Of a stretch of 64,000 nt of DNA, positions 1 through 9,422 are shown in pieces; positions within the stretch are counted from its first letter, which is position 1; each line of letters begins with the position of its first letter. The stretch is from Candidatus Doudnabacteria bacterium (lineage in GTDB: Bacteria; Patescibacteriota; Doudnabacteria; UBA920): contig PLYC01000021.1 of assembly GCA_003151625.1 (NCBI GenBank), positions 16,235-80,234 of the forward strand, in the 5' to 3' direction. Under the pieces are notes generated by a model that was not told the origin of the DNA, made no database searches, and worked only from the letters and a program-made list of their open reading frames with translations. The position numbers and the translations under genes are program-made.

Positions 1-11
1 ATTTAGCCAGA

Positions 12-206
12 ATGGCCAAGGACAAAATTGTCCAAAGCAAAATTGTTCGCAAAGGCCCGCCGGCGGAAGTTACCGTGCCAACGCCCAAAGCTCCAGCCGC
101 GACACCGGCCGCTTCCAAAAAAGAAACCCCGGTCTTGGCCGAAATTAACCAGGAAGAGCTGGATAAAAAAATAGAAGCGGCTCTTTCCGAAGATCTTACA
201 AAATAA
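12..206 (+). CDS. Small Lys/Ala/Pro-rich protein. The reading frame is open to the window start, so it could be the C-terminal tail of ribosomal protein S6 (rpsF) given the downstream ssb-rpsR synteny.
   Basis: No in-frame stop between position 1 and the ATG at 12. Low-complexity basic/acidic tail. The classical rpsF-ssb-rpsR order supports the S6 guess. No diagnostic S6 motif is visible. Confidence 0.3.
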   Translation: MAKDKIVQSKIVRKGPPAEVTVPTPKAPAATPAASKKETPVLAEINQEELDKKIEAALSEDLTK

Positions 207-296
207 ATTATTTATCCACTAATTCACGAATCATCACCAATATCACAAATTTGATATTCGTGTAATTCGTGCAATTAGTGAATTAGTGGAGAATTT

Positions 297-812
297 ATGG
301 ACTTAAACAAAGTCATGATAATCGGGCGCCTGACCCGCGACCCGGAACTGCGCACCATTCCTTCCGGCACCAGCGTCTGCCAAATGGGCGTGGCTACCAG
401 CTACGTTTATACCAACCAAACCACCGGACAAAAAGTGGAACAAACCGAATTTCACAATGTTGTTTTATGGCGCAAGCTTGGCGAGATTGCTCATCAATAT
501 TTAAAAAAGGGTAACCAGGTTTACATTGAAGGCCGCCTGCAAACCCGCAGCTGGGACGGGAAAGACGGGCTAAAAAGAAACCGTACCGAAATTATTGCCG
601 ACAATATGATAATGCTCGGCAGTAAAAATTCCGGCTCCGCACCGACCGCCGGATCATATTCTGCCGCTGCCCCAAAGCCCCAAAGCCCGCCTGCCGAAGA
701 TTCTAATCAGCCCGGACCGGCGGACCCGTCTCGACTAGGCGGAGCCGAGGCGGAGCAATTACCCACCATTCAGCAAGGCGAGGACATTAACGTCGAAGAC
801 ATCCCATTTTAA
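297..812 (+). CDS. ssb: Single-stranded DNA-binding protein
   Basis: The N-terminal OB-fold region 'MIIGRLTRDPELR...' is SSB-like. A Gly/Pro/Gln-rich linker follows, and the acidic C-terminus ends in the canonical DIPF. The gene lies between the S6-like ORF and rpsR. Confidence 0.9.
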   Translation: MDLNKVMIIGRLTRDPELRTIPSGTSVCQMGVATSYVYTNQTTGQKVEQTEFHNVVLWRKLGEIAHQYLKKGNQVYIEGRLQTRSWDGKDGLKRNRTEIIADNMIMLGSKNSGSAPTAGSYSAAAPKPQSPPAEDSNQPGPADPSRLGGAEAEQLPTIQQGEDINVEDIPF

Positions 813-910
813 ATAGAAGCGAAGGTATAAGCGAAAACCGCAACGCGAAAAAGTTGCGAATTCGCATTTATCTTCGCGTATAATTTCGTAATTAATTCGC
901 TTCTAACTAT

Positions 911-1156
911 ATGAGACCATCCAATAACAGAGACCGAGACAGCCAGCCCCAAATAAAAAAACAGTGCTATTTTTGCTCAAACAAAATTAGCACCGTAGAC
1001 TACAAAGATACGCAAACCCTGCGCCGCTTTATGTCGCCCCATGCCAAAATTATGAACCATAACCGCACCGGTACTTGCCCCAAGCACCAGCGCATGGTCA
1101 CCAAAGCCCTCAAGCAAGCCAGACATATGGCGTTATTGCCGTTTGTTGCAGCCTAA
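911..1156 (+). CDS. rpsR: 30S ribosomal protein S18
   Basis: S18 hallmarks: 'CYFC', 'DYKD', 'LRRF' and a C-terminal 'ALLPF'. A TATAAT box at ~879-884 sits upstream. Confidence 0.9.
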   Translation: MRPSNNRDRDSQPQIKKQCYFCSNKISTVDYKDTQTLRRFMSPHAKIMNHNRTGTCPKHQRMVTKALKQARHMALLPFVAA

Positions 1157-1300
1157 TTAATACATCGAATTAACGAATAGAACGACACAGTCATCCGACG
1201 TGTCGCCCTGTCGAATGACAGGGCGAATCTACGAAGAACAACGAATTCGCAGATTCACAAATATTCGTTGATTCGTCTCATTCGTAGATTCGATATATTT

Positions 1301-1861
1301 ATGGATTTAAATGACATGAAAATTGGGACTATCATTCTCTGGGAAAAACAACCGGTAATGATTATTTGGAGCAACCGAATGCGCACGGCCCAAAGAAAGC
1401 CCGTAATGCAAACCAAAATGCGCAACGTAATTACCGGCAAAGTTTACGAATATTCTTTTAAATTTGGTGAAAGCATAGAAGAGGCGGATGTGATTCGTGA
1501 AAAAGCTAATTTTTTGTATACCGACGCCGAAGGCACTCACTTTATGAATAATGAAACTTTCGAGACCATAGATATTGCCAAGGATGTGACCTTAGAACAG
1601 GAAAAATTCCTCAAAGAAGGAATGGAAGTCAGCATTCTGCGCTTTAACAACAAACCGGTATCTATTGAACTGCCAATAAAGATCGAGCTCAAAGTCACCG
1701 AAGCTCCTCCGGACACCAAAGGCAACAGCGGCGGCAATGTAACCAAACCTGTGACCTTAGAAACCGGCCTGGTGGTAGACGCGCCAATGTTTATTAAAGA
1801 AGGCGACACTCTCCGCATCGACACCCGCGACGGCCAATACGTGGAACGCGCCAGCCAGTAA
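1301..1861 (+). CDS. efp: Elongation factor P (the ORF opens at 1268; the likely start is 1301 or 1316)
   Basis: KOW-like N-terminus and OB domains. Motifs 'TDAEGTHFMNNETFE', 'PVSIELP' and 'TKPVTLETGLVV' are typical EF-P. Confidence 0.88.
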   Translation: MDLNDMKIGTIILWEKQPVMIIWSNRMRTAQRKPVMQTKMRNVITGKVYEYSFKFGESIEEADVIREKANFLYTDAEGTHFMNNETFETIDIAKDVTLEQEKFLKEGMEVSILRFNNKPVSIELPIKIELKVTEAPPDTKGNSGGNVTKPVTLETGLVVDAPMFIKEGDTLRIDTRDGQYVERASQ

Positions 1862-1910
1862 TGGAACAAATTAACACGGATCAAAGCAACGAATTAACAC
1901 GGATACAAAA

Positions 1911-1942
1911 CTCCCATACACTGTTGTATGGGAGTTCTTCGT
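1911..1942 (+). terminator. Rho-independent terminator after efp
   Basis: Perfect hairpin ctcccataca-ctgt-tgtatgggag followed by a T-rich tract. Confidence 0.7.
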
Positions 1943-1967
1943 TGTGTTCGTATTATGCCAGACAGTC

Positions 1968-2345
1968 CTATTTTAAAATCAACACCCCAACCACATAAGA
2001 CGCAAAATTCATAACACAGGCTAATAAAAAAAGTTTTCTTGGATTTTCTTTAAATGCCCACCATAATATCAGCCATTCAACTACAACTACAATAATTTCC
2101 AAAAAGCCAATAACAAAAAAATTTATCGTCACCGAAAAAAATAACCTGTTTATTACCAAAATATAATTTAAAAGTGGGTTGGTAATAAGATTTACAAGGA
2201 TAACAGCCAACAGCTGTTTTCTGCTATTGAATCCAATCAACAACGCTACCGATAATTCCACCGTTATGGCCAGTAAAAGTGGCTCAACTAAATTATTTAT
2301 CAGCATTCTTTTTCCGGAATAATCTGAATAAAAGATATACAGCAA
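1968..2345 (-). CDS. Hypothetical polytopic membrane protein
   Basis: ORF of 125 aa made almost entirely of hydrophobic helices. No recognisable motif. Confidence 0.4.
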   Translation of the reverse strand: MLYIFYSDYSGKRMLINNLVEPLLLAITVELSVALLIGFNSRKQLLAVILVNLITNPLLNYILVINRLFFSVTINFFVIGFLEIIVVVVEWLILWWAFKENPRKLFLLACVMNFASYVVGVLILK

Positions 2346-2520
2346 GGACGACTACTCCGATTACAACAACTGCAAATATAGTAAGCTGAAATATACCAAT
2401 AGTAAGTGGCTGGACTTGGGCAGCCTTTTCGCCGGGCGCGATAGGATCTGCAAAAACTTTACCAACAAGTGATAAATTTAAAAAAACAGATAACACCGAT
2501 GCTTTTATTATCTTTACCAT
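2293..2520 (-). CDS. Small membrane or secreted protein, signal-peptide-like; overlaps the 5' end of the previous ORF, so one of the two starts is wrong
   Basis: 75 aa. Hydrophobic N-terminus 'VLSVFLNLSLVGKVFA' and a C-terminal TM segment. Confidence 0.3.
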   Translation of the reverse strand: MVKIIKASVLSVFLNLSLVGKVFADPIAPGEKAAQVQPLTIGIFQLTIFAVVVIGVVVLAVYLLFRLFRKKNADK

Positions 2521-2620
2521 ATTCGTAGCTTTTTAGTTTTTGTCGGAATCCAAATGAATTTAAATAACCTTAACTTTAGTCTACATCAAAGCAAATAATT
2601 TTAAAAGTGACTTGCTCATA

Positions 2621-2652
2621 AAAAACCCCTCTCACGCGAGAGGGGTTTTAAT
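2621..2652 (-). terminator. Rho-independent terminator, probably bidirectional, downstream of the giant repeat protein
   Basis: Stem cccctctc-acgc-gagagggg flanked by A/T runs on both sides. Confidence 0.65.
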
Positions 2653-2693
2653 TTGTGTTTATTCGTAATTAATTCGTGTTTATTTGTTTGCTC

Positions 2694-5630
2694 TTATTGC
2701 ATCCGTGAATCCCCGGAAGTCATAGGGGAAAGAATGTACAGGCGGAAGTCATAGGAGTTGGCCGGGACCACAAATGAGGCTTGGCCGCCATTGTTTAGGA
2801 AAGTGTTCCAGTCGGGAACCGGAATTAGGCCGCTTTGGTGGACAAAATAAATGGTTTGGCCGCTTTTTATCCAGCTGCCCCAGGGGTGATGGACTGCCGT
2901 TGTTGATACGGTATAACCGGAGTCGGCCAAACCTGAATTACCAACCGCCACGACATTGCCAAATTTATATCCTAATCCCAAAAATACGGAGGCACTCGTA
3001 AAAGCAGTTTTGGTATTTTTATAAACTATATACACGGTTGAGCCTTCGGAAATTAGCTGGCCGTTTGCGTAAGCGCTGGCGCCAAGGACGCTGCTTGAAC
3101 CTCCCGGATACTGCAAGCTACCGCCGCCGTTGTTATTGTAAGGATAACCGCTGTTATAAGAATAGCCACCAACGGTAACATATAAACTCTGGCAGGAGTT
3201 GGCGCTGTTTTGGCAAATTTGCAGGGTGGAACTGCCGTTGCTAATTCCGTAAATAGTTATCACGCTACCGTTAAAGCTGGCGGAAATAACGCCGGGGTTG
3301 CTGTTGGAAGAAATATAATAGCCATATCCGCCGTTGCCGGAAACGTTCACCGTGGCGCTCTGGCCGACATTTAAACCTAAAGATGATTGGCTTAATATAA
3401 TATTATTGCCGCCGTAGCCATAACCATTAACGCTAACATATACGCTGGCGCACTGGCTAGAACTTGAGCCGCACAATACTATTGTGCTGCTGCCAGAACT
3501 TTGCCCATAAAAAGTAGCCTGGTTGACCGAAACACTTACCGAAACCACACCGGAATTGCTGTTGGAAGAAACATAAACAGAGGGCACATTGTAAGCCGAA
3601 ATAATCATGCTTTGACCCTGGCTTAAACTTAAACTAGTCTGGCTTAAAGACAGACTGCCACCGTAATTATTAGAAGATCCGCCACCGACTGTTACATAAA
3701 GCGTGCCGCAAAATCCCAAAGCCGTACTGCAAACAGAAATATTGCTGGAACCGTTTTGATTGGCGGTTAAATTTAATACCGTGCCCGAAATATTCGCGGA
3801 CACAACATAAGGACTGCTGTTGGAAGAAATATAATATGCGCTGGAATTATTTAAGTAAGATGTGGCATAGGAACTGCTATTAACAGAAACCGCCAGGCTT
3901 TGCCCAACATAAAGAGTAGGATTAGCCGGACTAAACCACAGGTTGGTGTTGGCTCCCAAAACCCCGCTGACCGTAACATAAAGGGTCGCGCAGGAAGAAC
4001 TATTAGAACTTTGGCAAACTAAAACATTGGTGTTACCGGCGCTTAAAGCGTTAACATATATGCTGCTGCCGGACATGCTGGCCGATGCAACACCGGAGTT
4101 GGAATTGCTGGAAATATAATAACTTCCGTAAGAAATGTTGTTGTTGTAAACGGCAACTGTCGCGCTTTGTCCGGAATTCAAAGACAGGCTGGAAGGACTA
4201 AAAGAAATTGTCCCCGAACTTCCGTTGCCGCCAACCGTAACATATAAGCTTACACAGGAAGAAATATTACTCGCGCAAATGCTTATAGTGCTGGAGCCAA
4301 CAGCCAAACCGTAAAGGCTAATGTTGTTTCCAGAGATGCTGGCCGATGCAACGCTGGAATTGCCATTGTTGGAAATATAAATGCTGTTGCCGTTATTGTA
4401 AGCCGTGACCACAGAAGTTTGGCCAATATTTAAGCTGACGCTGGTCTGGCTTAAAGAAAAAGAACCAATACCGCTGCCGCCGCCAACAGTTACATACAAG
4501 TAACCGCAAGTAGAATTACTCTGGCATACCGTAATTGTGCTGCTGCCAGTGCTCCCCGCCTGCAAATAAAGGGAACTGCCGGTAATGCTGGCAGACACGA
4601 TGCTCGAATTGCTGTTGTTGGAAATGTAAAGAGAAGTTCCAAAATACGAGGCAGAAATAAAGACAGTGGAGCTTTGGCCAACCGATAAATTTACAGAGCT
4701 GGGACTAAAAGTTATTGAGCCGGAACTGCTGCCGCCGCCAACTGTCACATACAAGGTTGCGCACTGGCTGGAACTATTTTGGCAAATACTAATGTTGGTT
4801 GAACCGTTACTAATTCCGTTAACATAAACCGTATTGCCCGAAACGCTGGCGCCGGCCACCGAAGAGTTGCTGTTGCCGGAAATGTAAGCTGAAGATCCGC
4901 TGTTGTATCCATAAACGGTAACCGTGGAGCTTTGGCCAACCGTTAAAGATAAACTAGTCTGGCTCAAAGAAAGACTGCCGGAACCGCATCCGTTGTAGCA
5001 ACTGCCGCCGTTGACTGTGGCATATAAAGTGGCGCAAGAGCTGCTACTGTTGGAACAAACACTAATGTTTGTTGAGCCGCTAACCAATCCATAAACGTTT
5101 ACCTGATTACCGGAAGCGGTCGCGGAAGCGACGCTCGGATTAGAATTGCTGGAAACGTAAAAACTATTACTCTGACCATAAACAGGATAGCTTGCGGTTA
5201 CAGAAGCGGTTTGGCCGACGTTTAAGCTTAGGCTGGTCTGACTCAAAGTTAATCCGCCCACATTGCATCCACTGTAACCGCAGCCGTTATTATTATAGTT
5301 ATTGCCGTTATTGTATCCGTAATTGTTGCTATAGACCTGCTGGCCGCCAACTGTGGCGTTAATTTGCGAACCCACGGCAGAATCAACCATAGTCATAAAA
5401 TTTCCGCTGTAATCCGTGAACCCGCTGACGCTAGTCAGTAAACTGCTGCCGGAAGGCGTGTAATTTATAGCCACTGCGGCGTTAGGCTGGCCGCCGCTAA
5501 TGGAAACTGTCGTGCTGTTTCCGGAGGAATAAACGCTTAATGTTGGGCTATAGGCCAAAACCGAACCGGCAAAACCCATAAAAAAGCTTATAAATAAAGC
5601 AAAAATTAAGCTTTTTGATAATGTCTTCAT
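2694..5630 (-). CDS. Large secreted surface protein with about nine tandem bacterial Ig-like (Big_2-like) repeats; Ser/Gly/Asn-rich
   Basis: N-terminal signal peptide 'MKTLSKSLIFALFISFFMGFAGSVLA'. Units of about 90 aa repeat on the pattern 'LSLSQTSLSLNVGQ[ST]A[ST]VTA...SSN.NSSVASA...G...V.G...GS.NISVC..SSS.CATLYVTVGGG', which resembles Big_2 domains. The DNA shows the same ~270-bp periodicity. Confidence 0.7.
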   Translation of the reverse strand: MKTLSKSLIFALFISFFMGFAGSVLAYSPTLSVYSSGNSTTVSISGGQPNAAVAINYTPSGSSLLTSVSGFTDYSGNFMTMVDSAVGSQINATVGGQQVYSNNYGYNNGNNYNNNGCGYSGCNVGGLTLSQTSLSLNVGQTASVTASYPVYGQSNSFYVSSNSNPSVASATASGNQVNVYGLVSGSTNISVCSNSSSSCATLYATVNGGSCYNGCGSGSLSLSQTSLSLTVGQSSTVTVYGYNSGSSAYISGNSNSSVAGASVSGNTVYVNGISNGSTNISICQNSSSQCATLYVTVGGGSSSGSITFSPSSVNLSVGQSSTVFISASYFGTSLYISNNSNSSIVSASITGSSLYLQAGSTGSSTITVCQSNSTCGYLYVTVGGGSGIGSFSLSQTSVSLNIGQTSVVTAYNNGNSIYISNNGNSSVASASISGNNISLYGLAVGSSTISICASNISSCVSLYVTVGGNGSSGTISFSPSSLSLNSGQSATVAVYNNNISYGSYYISSNSNSGVASASMSGSSIYVNALSAGNTNVLVCQSSNSSSCATLYVTVSGVLGANTNLWFSPANPTLYVGQSLAVSVNSSSYATSYLNNSSAYYISSNSSPYVVSANISGTVLNLTANQNGSSNISVCSTALGFCGTLYVTVGGGSSNNYGGSLSLSQTSLSLSQGQSMIISAYNVPSVYVSSNSNSGVVSVSVSVNQATFYGQSSGSSTIVLCGSSSSQCASVYVSVNGYGYGGNNIILSQSSLGLNVGQSATVNVSGNGGYGYYISSNSNPGVISASFNGSVITIYGISNGSSTLQICQNSANSCQSLYVTVGGYSYNSGYPYNNNGGGSLQYPGGSSSVLGASAYANGQLISEGSTVYIVYKNTKTAFTSASVFLGLGYKFGNVVAVGNSGLADSGYTVSTTAVHHPWGSWIKSGQTIYFVHQSGLIPVPDWNTFLNNGGQASFVVPANSYDFRLYILSPMTSGDSRMQ

Positions 5631-5819
5631 ATATTTAAAAAATTAATAATTAATTCTTGCTGGATTCTATATTATTATCCTTTTATCCCTGTTTGTCAAT
5701 GCAATTTAGGAATTTTTTTATAAAATAATTTGGCTTAAAAGTCAATCAAAAATCTTCCAAATAAAAAAATTGGGCGTTACCCATAGCGGGCAAACGCTCA
5801 ATTTCAATGGAGCTGTTAA

Positions 5820-7049
5820 TTATTCCATTTTATCTATAATCCTTTGCGCGGCTAAAACATAAGCGGCAGTTCTAAAAGTACAGTTGTATTTATTTTTCTG
5901 TTCCAAAACATCGGCAAACGCCAATTTAATTTGTTTGGATAATTTTTCCAGCACCTGTTCCTTGTTCCAGCTTTCACCCTTCATGTTCTGATACCACTCA
6001 TAGTAAGAGACGCACACTCCGCCGCTGTTGGCCAAAATGTCGGGAATAACAGCCACGCCATTTTTGGCAAAAATTATATCCGCCTCCGGTGTTGTTGGCC
6101 CGTTGGCCATCTCCACTATTAATTTGGCTTTAACTTTTTCGGCATTGTCTTTGGTTAAAACATTTTCCAACGCCGCCGGCACCAAAACATCGACAGGCAA
6201 TTCCAACAGCTGTTCATTGGAAATATTTTTTGCTCCCGGAAAATCTTTTAACGCTCCGCTGGATTTTTTGTAAGCCAGCACCTTTTCAAATCCTAAACCT
6301 TCAGGGTTATAAATCCCGCCTTTGGAATCCGATAACGCGACAATCTTGTAACCGATTTTTTCCGCCGCTTGGGCAAAAAAAGTAGAAACGTTGCCGAAAC
6401 CCTGAATGGCAACACTGGCATCTTTTGCCAAACCGACTACTTTGCTTTTTACTACTTCTTCAAAAACGTAAACACCGCCAAAACCGGTAGCCTCTTCCCT
6501 TCCCTGACTGCCGCCGTTGTCCAAAGACTTGCCGGTGAAAGTTGCTTTGGAGCTGTTAAAAGAGCGTTTTTGGTATTCGTCGAGCATCCAGCCCATAATT
6601 TGTCCGGTAGTGTTTACGTCCGGGGCGGGCACGTCTGTTTCCGGACCGATTATGGGATAAATCTTTTTTACGTAACCGCGGCTTAAACGTTCAAGTTCAG
6701 CCGCCGATAATTCTTTTGGGTTTACAATAATGCCGCCCTTGCCGCCGCCAAACGGCACGTTAACCACGGCGTTTTTAAAAGACATCCAAAAACTTAAAGC
6801 GCGCACCTCGTCAAGATTCACGTCCTGATGAAAGCGAATGCCCCCCTTGTAGGGCCCGCGGGCGTTATTGTGCTGGCTTCTGAAACCCGTAAAAATTTTT
6901 TGCGAACCATTATCCATTTTTAACGGAATGGCGACTTCCACGTAACGATCCGGATTTTTTAACTGTTCTACTTTGTCTTTATCCAAGTGGGCTGTTTCTG
7001 CGGCTTGCTGCAGCTGGGATTTGGCCGTCTCAAAAGGGTTTATTGTCAT
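5820..7049 (-). CDS. gdhA: NAD(P)-dependent glutamate dehydrogenase
   Basis: Catalytic Lys loop 'KGGIRFHQDVNLDEVRALSFWMSFKNAVVNVPFGGGKGG' and a Rossmann motif 'GFGNVS'. Confidence 0.9.
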   Translation of the reverse strand: MTINPFETAKSQLQQAAETAHLDKDKVEQLKNPDRYVEVAIPLKMDNGSQKIFTGFRSQHNNARGPYKGGIRFHQDVNLDEVRALSFWMSFKNAVVNVPFGGGKGGIIVNPKELSAAELERLSRGYVKKIYPIIGPETDVPAPDVNTTGQIMGWMLDEYQKRSFNSSKATFTGKSLDNGGSQGREEATGFGGVYVFEEVVKSKVVGLAKDASVAIQGFGNVSTFFAQAAEKIGYKIVALSDSKGGIYNPEGLGFEKVLAYKKSSGALKDFPGAKNISNEQLLELPVDVLVPAALENVLTKDNAEKVKAKLIVEMANGPTTPEADIIFAKNGVAVIPDILANSGGVCVSYYEWYQNMKGESWNKEQVLEKLSKQIKLAFADVLEQKNKYNCTFRTAAYVLAAQRIIDKME

Positions 7050-7076
7050 GTTAGATTAAAGATTAATGATTTAAGA

Positions 7077-8021
7077 TTAAATTGCTTTTTCGTTTTCCAA
7101 CACCGGGCTGTTAAAACTGCCGCCAGTCAAAACCAAAGCTGTTACCGAAGCCAATAATACCAGAGCTCCAACAATTTGCCAAGCGTTTAAAGTAATGCCC
7201 AAAAATTTCCAGTTGACAACAGTCAGCGCCAAAGGATATCCAAGTTCCATTAAAGTGGCAACCGAAGCTTTGGTGTGGCGCAGACCGTAGTAATATAGCC
7301 AAAGAGAGAAAAATCCGGTAACCAGGGCAATAATAATAACGTTACGCCAAAACAGCGGGGTCATTTGGCCAAATTGAAAATGATAGCCTATGACCACATA
7401 AACAGTTAAAAATATAAGCCCAAAAACGAAGCGCATCCCGTTAACCAGCTGTACATCAATATTTGACATTAAAGATCGCCCGACCACGGTACCGCCGGCC
7501 CATAAAATTGCCGCGCCAACTGCTAGAGCCGGTCCAAATAAATGCAAATGTCCACCGGAGCTCCAAAGTCCGGCCGGATTAGCCCAGCCAAACGTGACCA
7601 AATAGGCGCCGAGCAATGCAGGGACGGCAAACAGCCAGAATCTTGGCGAAAGTTTTTCCTTTAAAAAAATTACGGCCAGTGAAATGGCAAATATGGGTTG
7701 TAGTTTTTGTAGCAACGCGGCAATGGTAAAATTATAATTCATGGCCACCGCGGCCTGTACATAAAGTAGGGCGCCCAAGGCCGACGCTCCGGCGCCAATG
7801 TAAAGAAGCCCCGCCCACTGTTTTAAGGTCAAATTTTTAAACCCCGCGCGCTTGGCTAAAAGCCCCGGCATGCTGACAAGGCTGTTAAGCAGGTGCTCTA
7901 AAAACCCGACAAACGGCACCGAAAGGCCGCCCAAAAGCAGCGGTTCCCGAAACGGCGTATCGCCCGCCCACAGCAGTGATGAAAGAAAAACAATTAACGG
8001 TCCGCGCTTTTTTGTATCCAT
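7077..8021 (-). CDS. EamA/DMT-superfamily-like transporter (10-TM permease)
   Basis: 314 aa, with two internally similar halves of five hydrophobic helices each. No catalytic motif. Confidence 0.5.
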   Translation of the reverse strand: MDTKKRGPLIVFLSSLLWAGDTPFREPLLLGGLSVPFVGFLEHLLNSLVSMPGLLAKRAGFKNLTLKQWAGLLYIGAGASALGALLYVQAAVAMNYNFTIAALLQKLQPIFAISLAVIFLKEKLSPRFWLFAVPALLGAYLVTFGWANPAGLWSSGGHLHLFGPALAVGAAILWAGGTVVGRSLMSNIDVQLVNGMRFVFGLIFLTVYVVIGYHFQFGQMTPLFWRNVIIIALVTGFFSLWLYYYGLRHTKASVATLMELGYPLALTVVNWKFLGITLNAWQIVGALVLLASVTALVLTGGSFNSPVLENEKAI

Positions 8022-8026
8022 TGCAA

Positions 8027-8494
8027 TTATTTTTCCAATTTCTTAATATTTTTAATATCTTTTTTTATCTGCGCTTTTAACTCAATCTCCGATGAAAACT
8101 TTTTAAACGGCCTAATAAACTTCCCTAATGTTATTACAATTTTTTTGCCGTACAGGTTTCCTTTAAAACCTATCAGATGAGCTTCAAGTTTGGGCAGATG
8201 ATGTTTATCGAGCGGACCAATTACGATCGCGGCCACATACATTTTGCGATGTAGCGGCGGCCACCCAACTTCGCCAAGGCTTCGTCGGGCAGGCTGGCCG
8301 CCATTATTTTGGAGGCCGATGGCCTCCGCTACAATCACACCTCCCGCATATACCCCCAGCCTAACCTTTAACCCCCGTCTGACATAATCTCTCCTATCCA
8401 AATTTGCCGTAGGAAATCCTAGTTTTTTGCCATAGCTGTCACCATGAACCACCCGGCCTGATACTTGAAAATTTCTGCTTGGTAATTTATTCAT
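8027..8494 (-). CDS. Riboflavin kinase, a monofunctional RibF C-terminal-domain type
   Basis: Motifs 'GRVVHGDSYGKKLGFPTANL' and 'GVYA', and a PTAN flavokinase signature. The start overlaps the trxB stop by 8 bp. Confidence 0.72.
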   Translation of the reverse strand: MNKLPSRNFQVSGRVVHGDSYGKKLGFPTANLDRRDYVRRGLKVRLGVYAGGVIVAEAIGLQNNGGQPARRSLGEVGWPPLHRKMYVAAIVIGPLDKHHLPKLEAHLIGFKGNLYGKKIVITLGKFIRPFKKFSSEIELKAQIKKDIKNIKKLEK

Positions 8495-9416
8495 GTTCTG
8501 TTAAATATTTTTCTACATCTAGCGCGGCCATGCATCCCATACCGGCAGCCGAAACTGCCTGCCTATAGCGCGGATCGTTAACGTCTCCGGCCACAAACAC
8601 CCCCTCTATATTAGTGTGGGTGTGGTTCTTTACAACGATATAACCTTTTTGGTCGGTTTCTATGCCGGCAGCTGCAAAAATTTTCGCGGCTGGAGTATGG
8701 CCAATGGCCACAAACAAACCCTGGACAGGCAAAACCGATTCGTGACCGGATTGATTATCCTTAATCTTTAATCCCTCTACCGATTTTTCCCCCAAGACTT
8801 CCAAAATGGTAGCGTCGCCTATAAATTTAATTTTCGAATTATCCTGCGCCCTTTTGAGCATAATTTTACTGGCTCTAAATTCCGGACGACGATGAACAAT
8901 AGTCACAGTATTGGCAAACTTGGTTAAAAAAGTCGCTTCTTCCATAGCGCTGTCCCCGCCGCCGGCCACAATGATATCTTTTCCCTTAAAGAAAAATCCG
9001 TCGCAGGTCGCGCATGCCGAAACGCCTTTGCCGCGTAGTTTCTGCTCGCTGGGCAAATTTAACCAGTTAGCGTCGGCTCCGGTGGCAATAATTATTGTTT
9101 TTGCAAGATATTCGGCTTTATCGGTAGTGATTTTAAACGGCTGATTTTTAAAATCCGCGGCCGTAACATTTTCCGGCAAAATCTCCGTGCCAAACTTTTT
9201 TACCTGCTTCATCATATTTTCCATTAACTCCGGACCCATAATCCCTTCCGGAAAACCTGGAAAATTTTCCACTTCCGTGGTGTCCATTAGCTGGCCGCCG
9301 GGTTTTAAACCAGCCAATACCAAAGGCTTAAGTTCCGCCCTGGCCGCGTATAACGCGGCAGTCAGTCCGGCCGGGCCAGAACCTATAATTATTGTATTGA
9401 AAATCTGTTTGTCCAT
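8487..9416 (-). CDS. trxB: Thioredoxin-disulfide reductase
   Basis: FAD motif 'IIIGSGPAGLTAALYAAR', redox-active 'CATCDGFF' and NADPH motif 'VAGGGDSAME'. Confidence 0.92.
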   Translation of the reverse strand: MDKQIFNTIIIGSGPAGLTAALYAARAELKPLVLAGLKPGGQLMDTTEVENFPGFPEGIMGPELMENMMKQVKKFGTEILPENVTAADFKNQPFKITTDKAEYLAKTIIIATGADANWLNLPSEQKLRGKGVSACATCDGFFFKGKDIIVAGGGDSAMEEATFLTKFANTVTIVHRRPEFRASKIMLKRAQDNSKIKFIGDATILEVLGEKSVEGLKIKDNQSGHESVLPVQGLFVAIGHTPAAKIFAAAGIETDQKGYIVVKNHTHTNIEGVFVAGDVNDPRYRQAVSAAGMGCMAALDVEKYLTEHE

Positions 9417-9422
9417 AAAAAA

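Noticed and set aside
1204-1225. Terminator after rpsR (cgccctgtc-gaat-gacagggcg)
   Set aside because: A good stem but no following U-tract. More likely a structural or regulatory hairpin than an intrinsic terminator. Not annotated as a feature.
2774-4939. Antisense ORFs (2774-3001, 4490-4681, 4745-4939) inside the giant Big_2-repeat gene
   Set aside because: They lie wholly within, and antisense to, a much longer well-supported coding frame. Their periodic appearance simply mirrors the ~270-bp DNA repeats.
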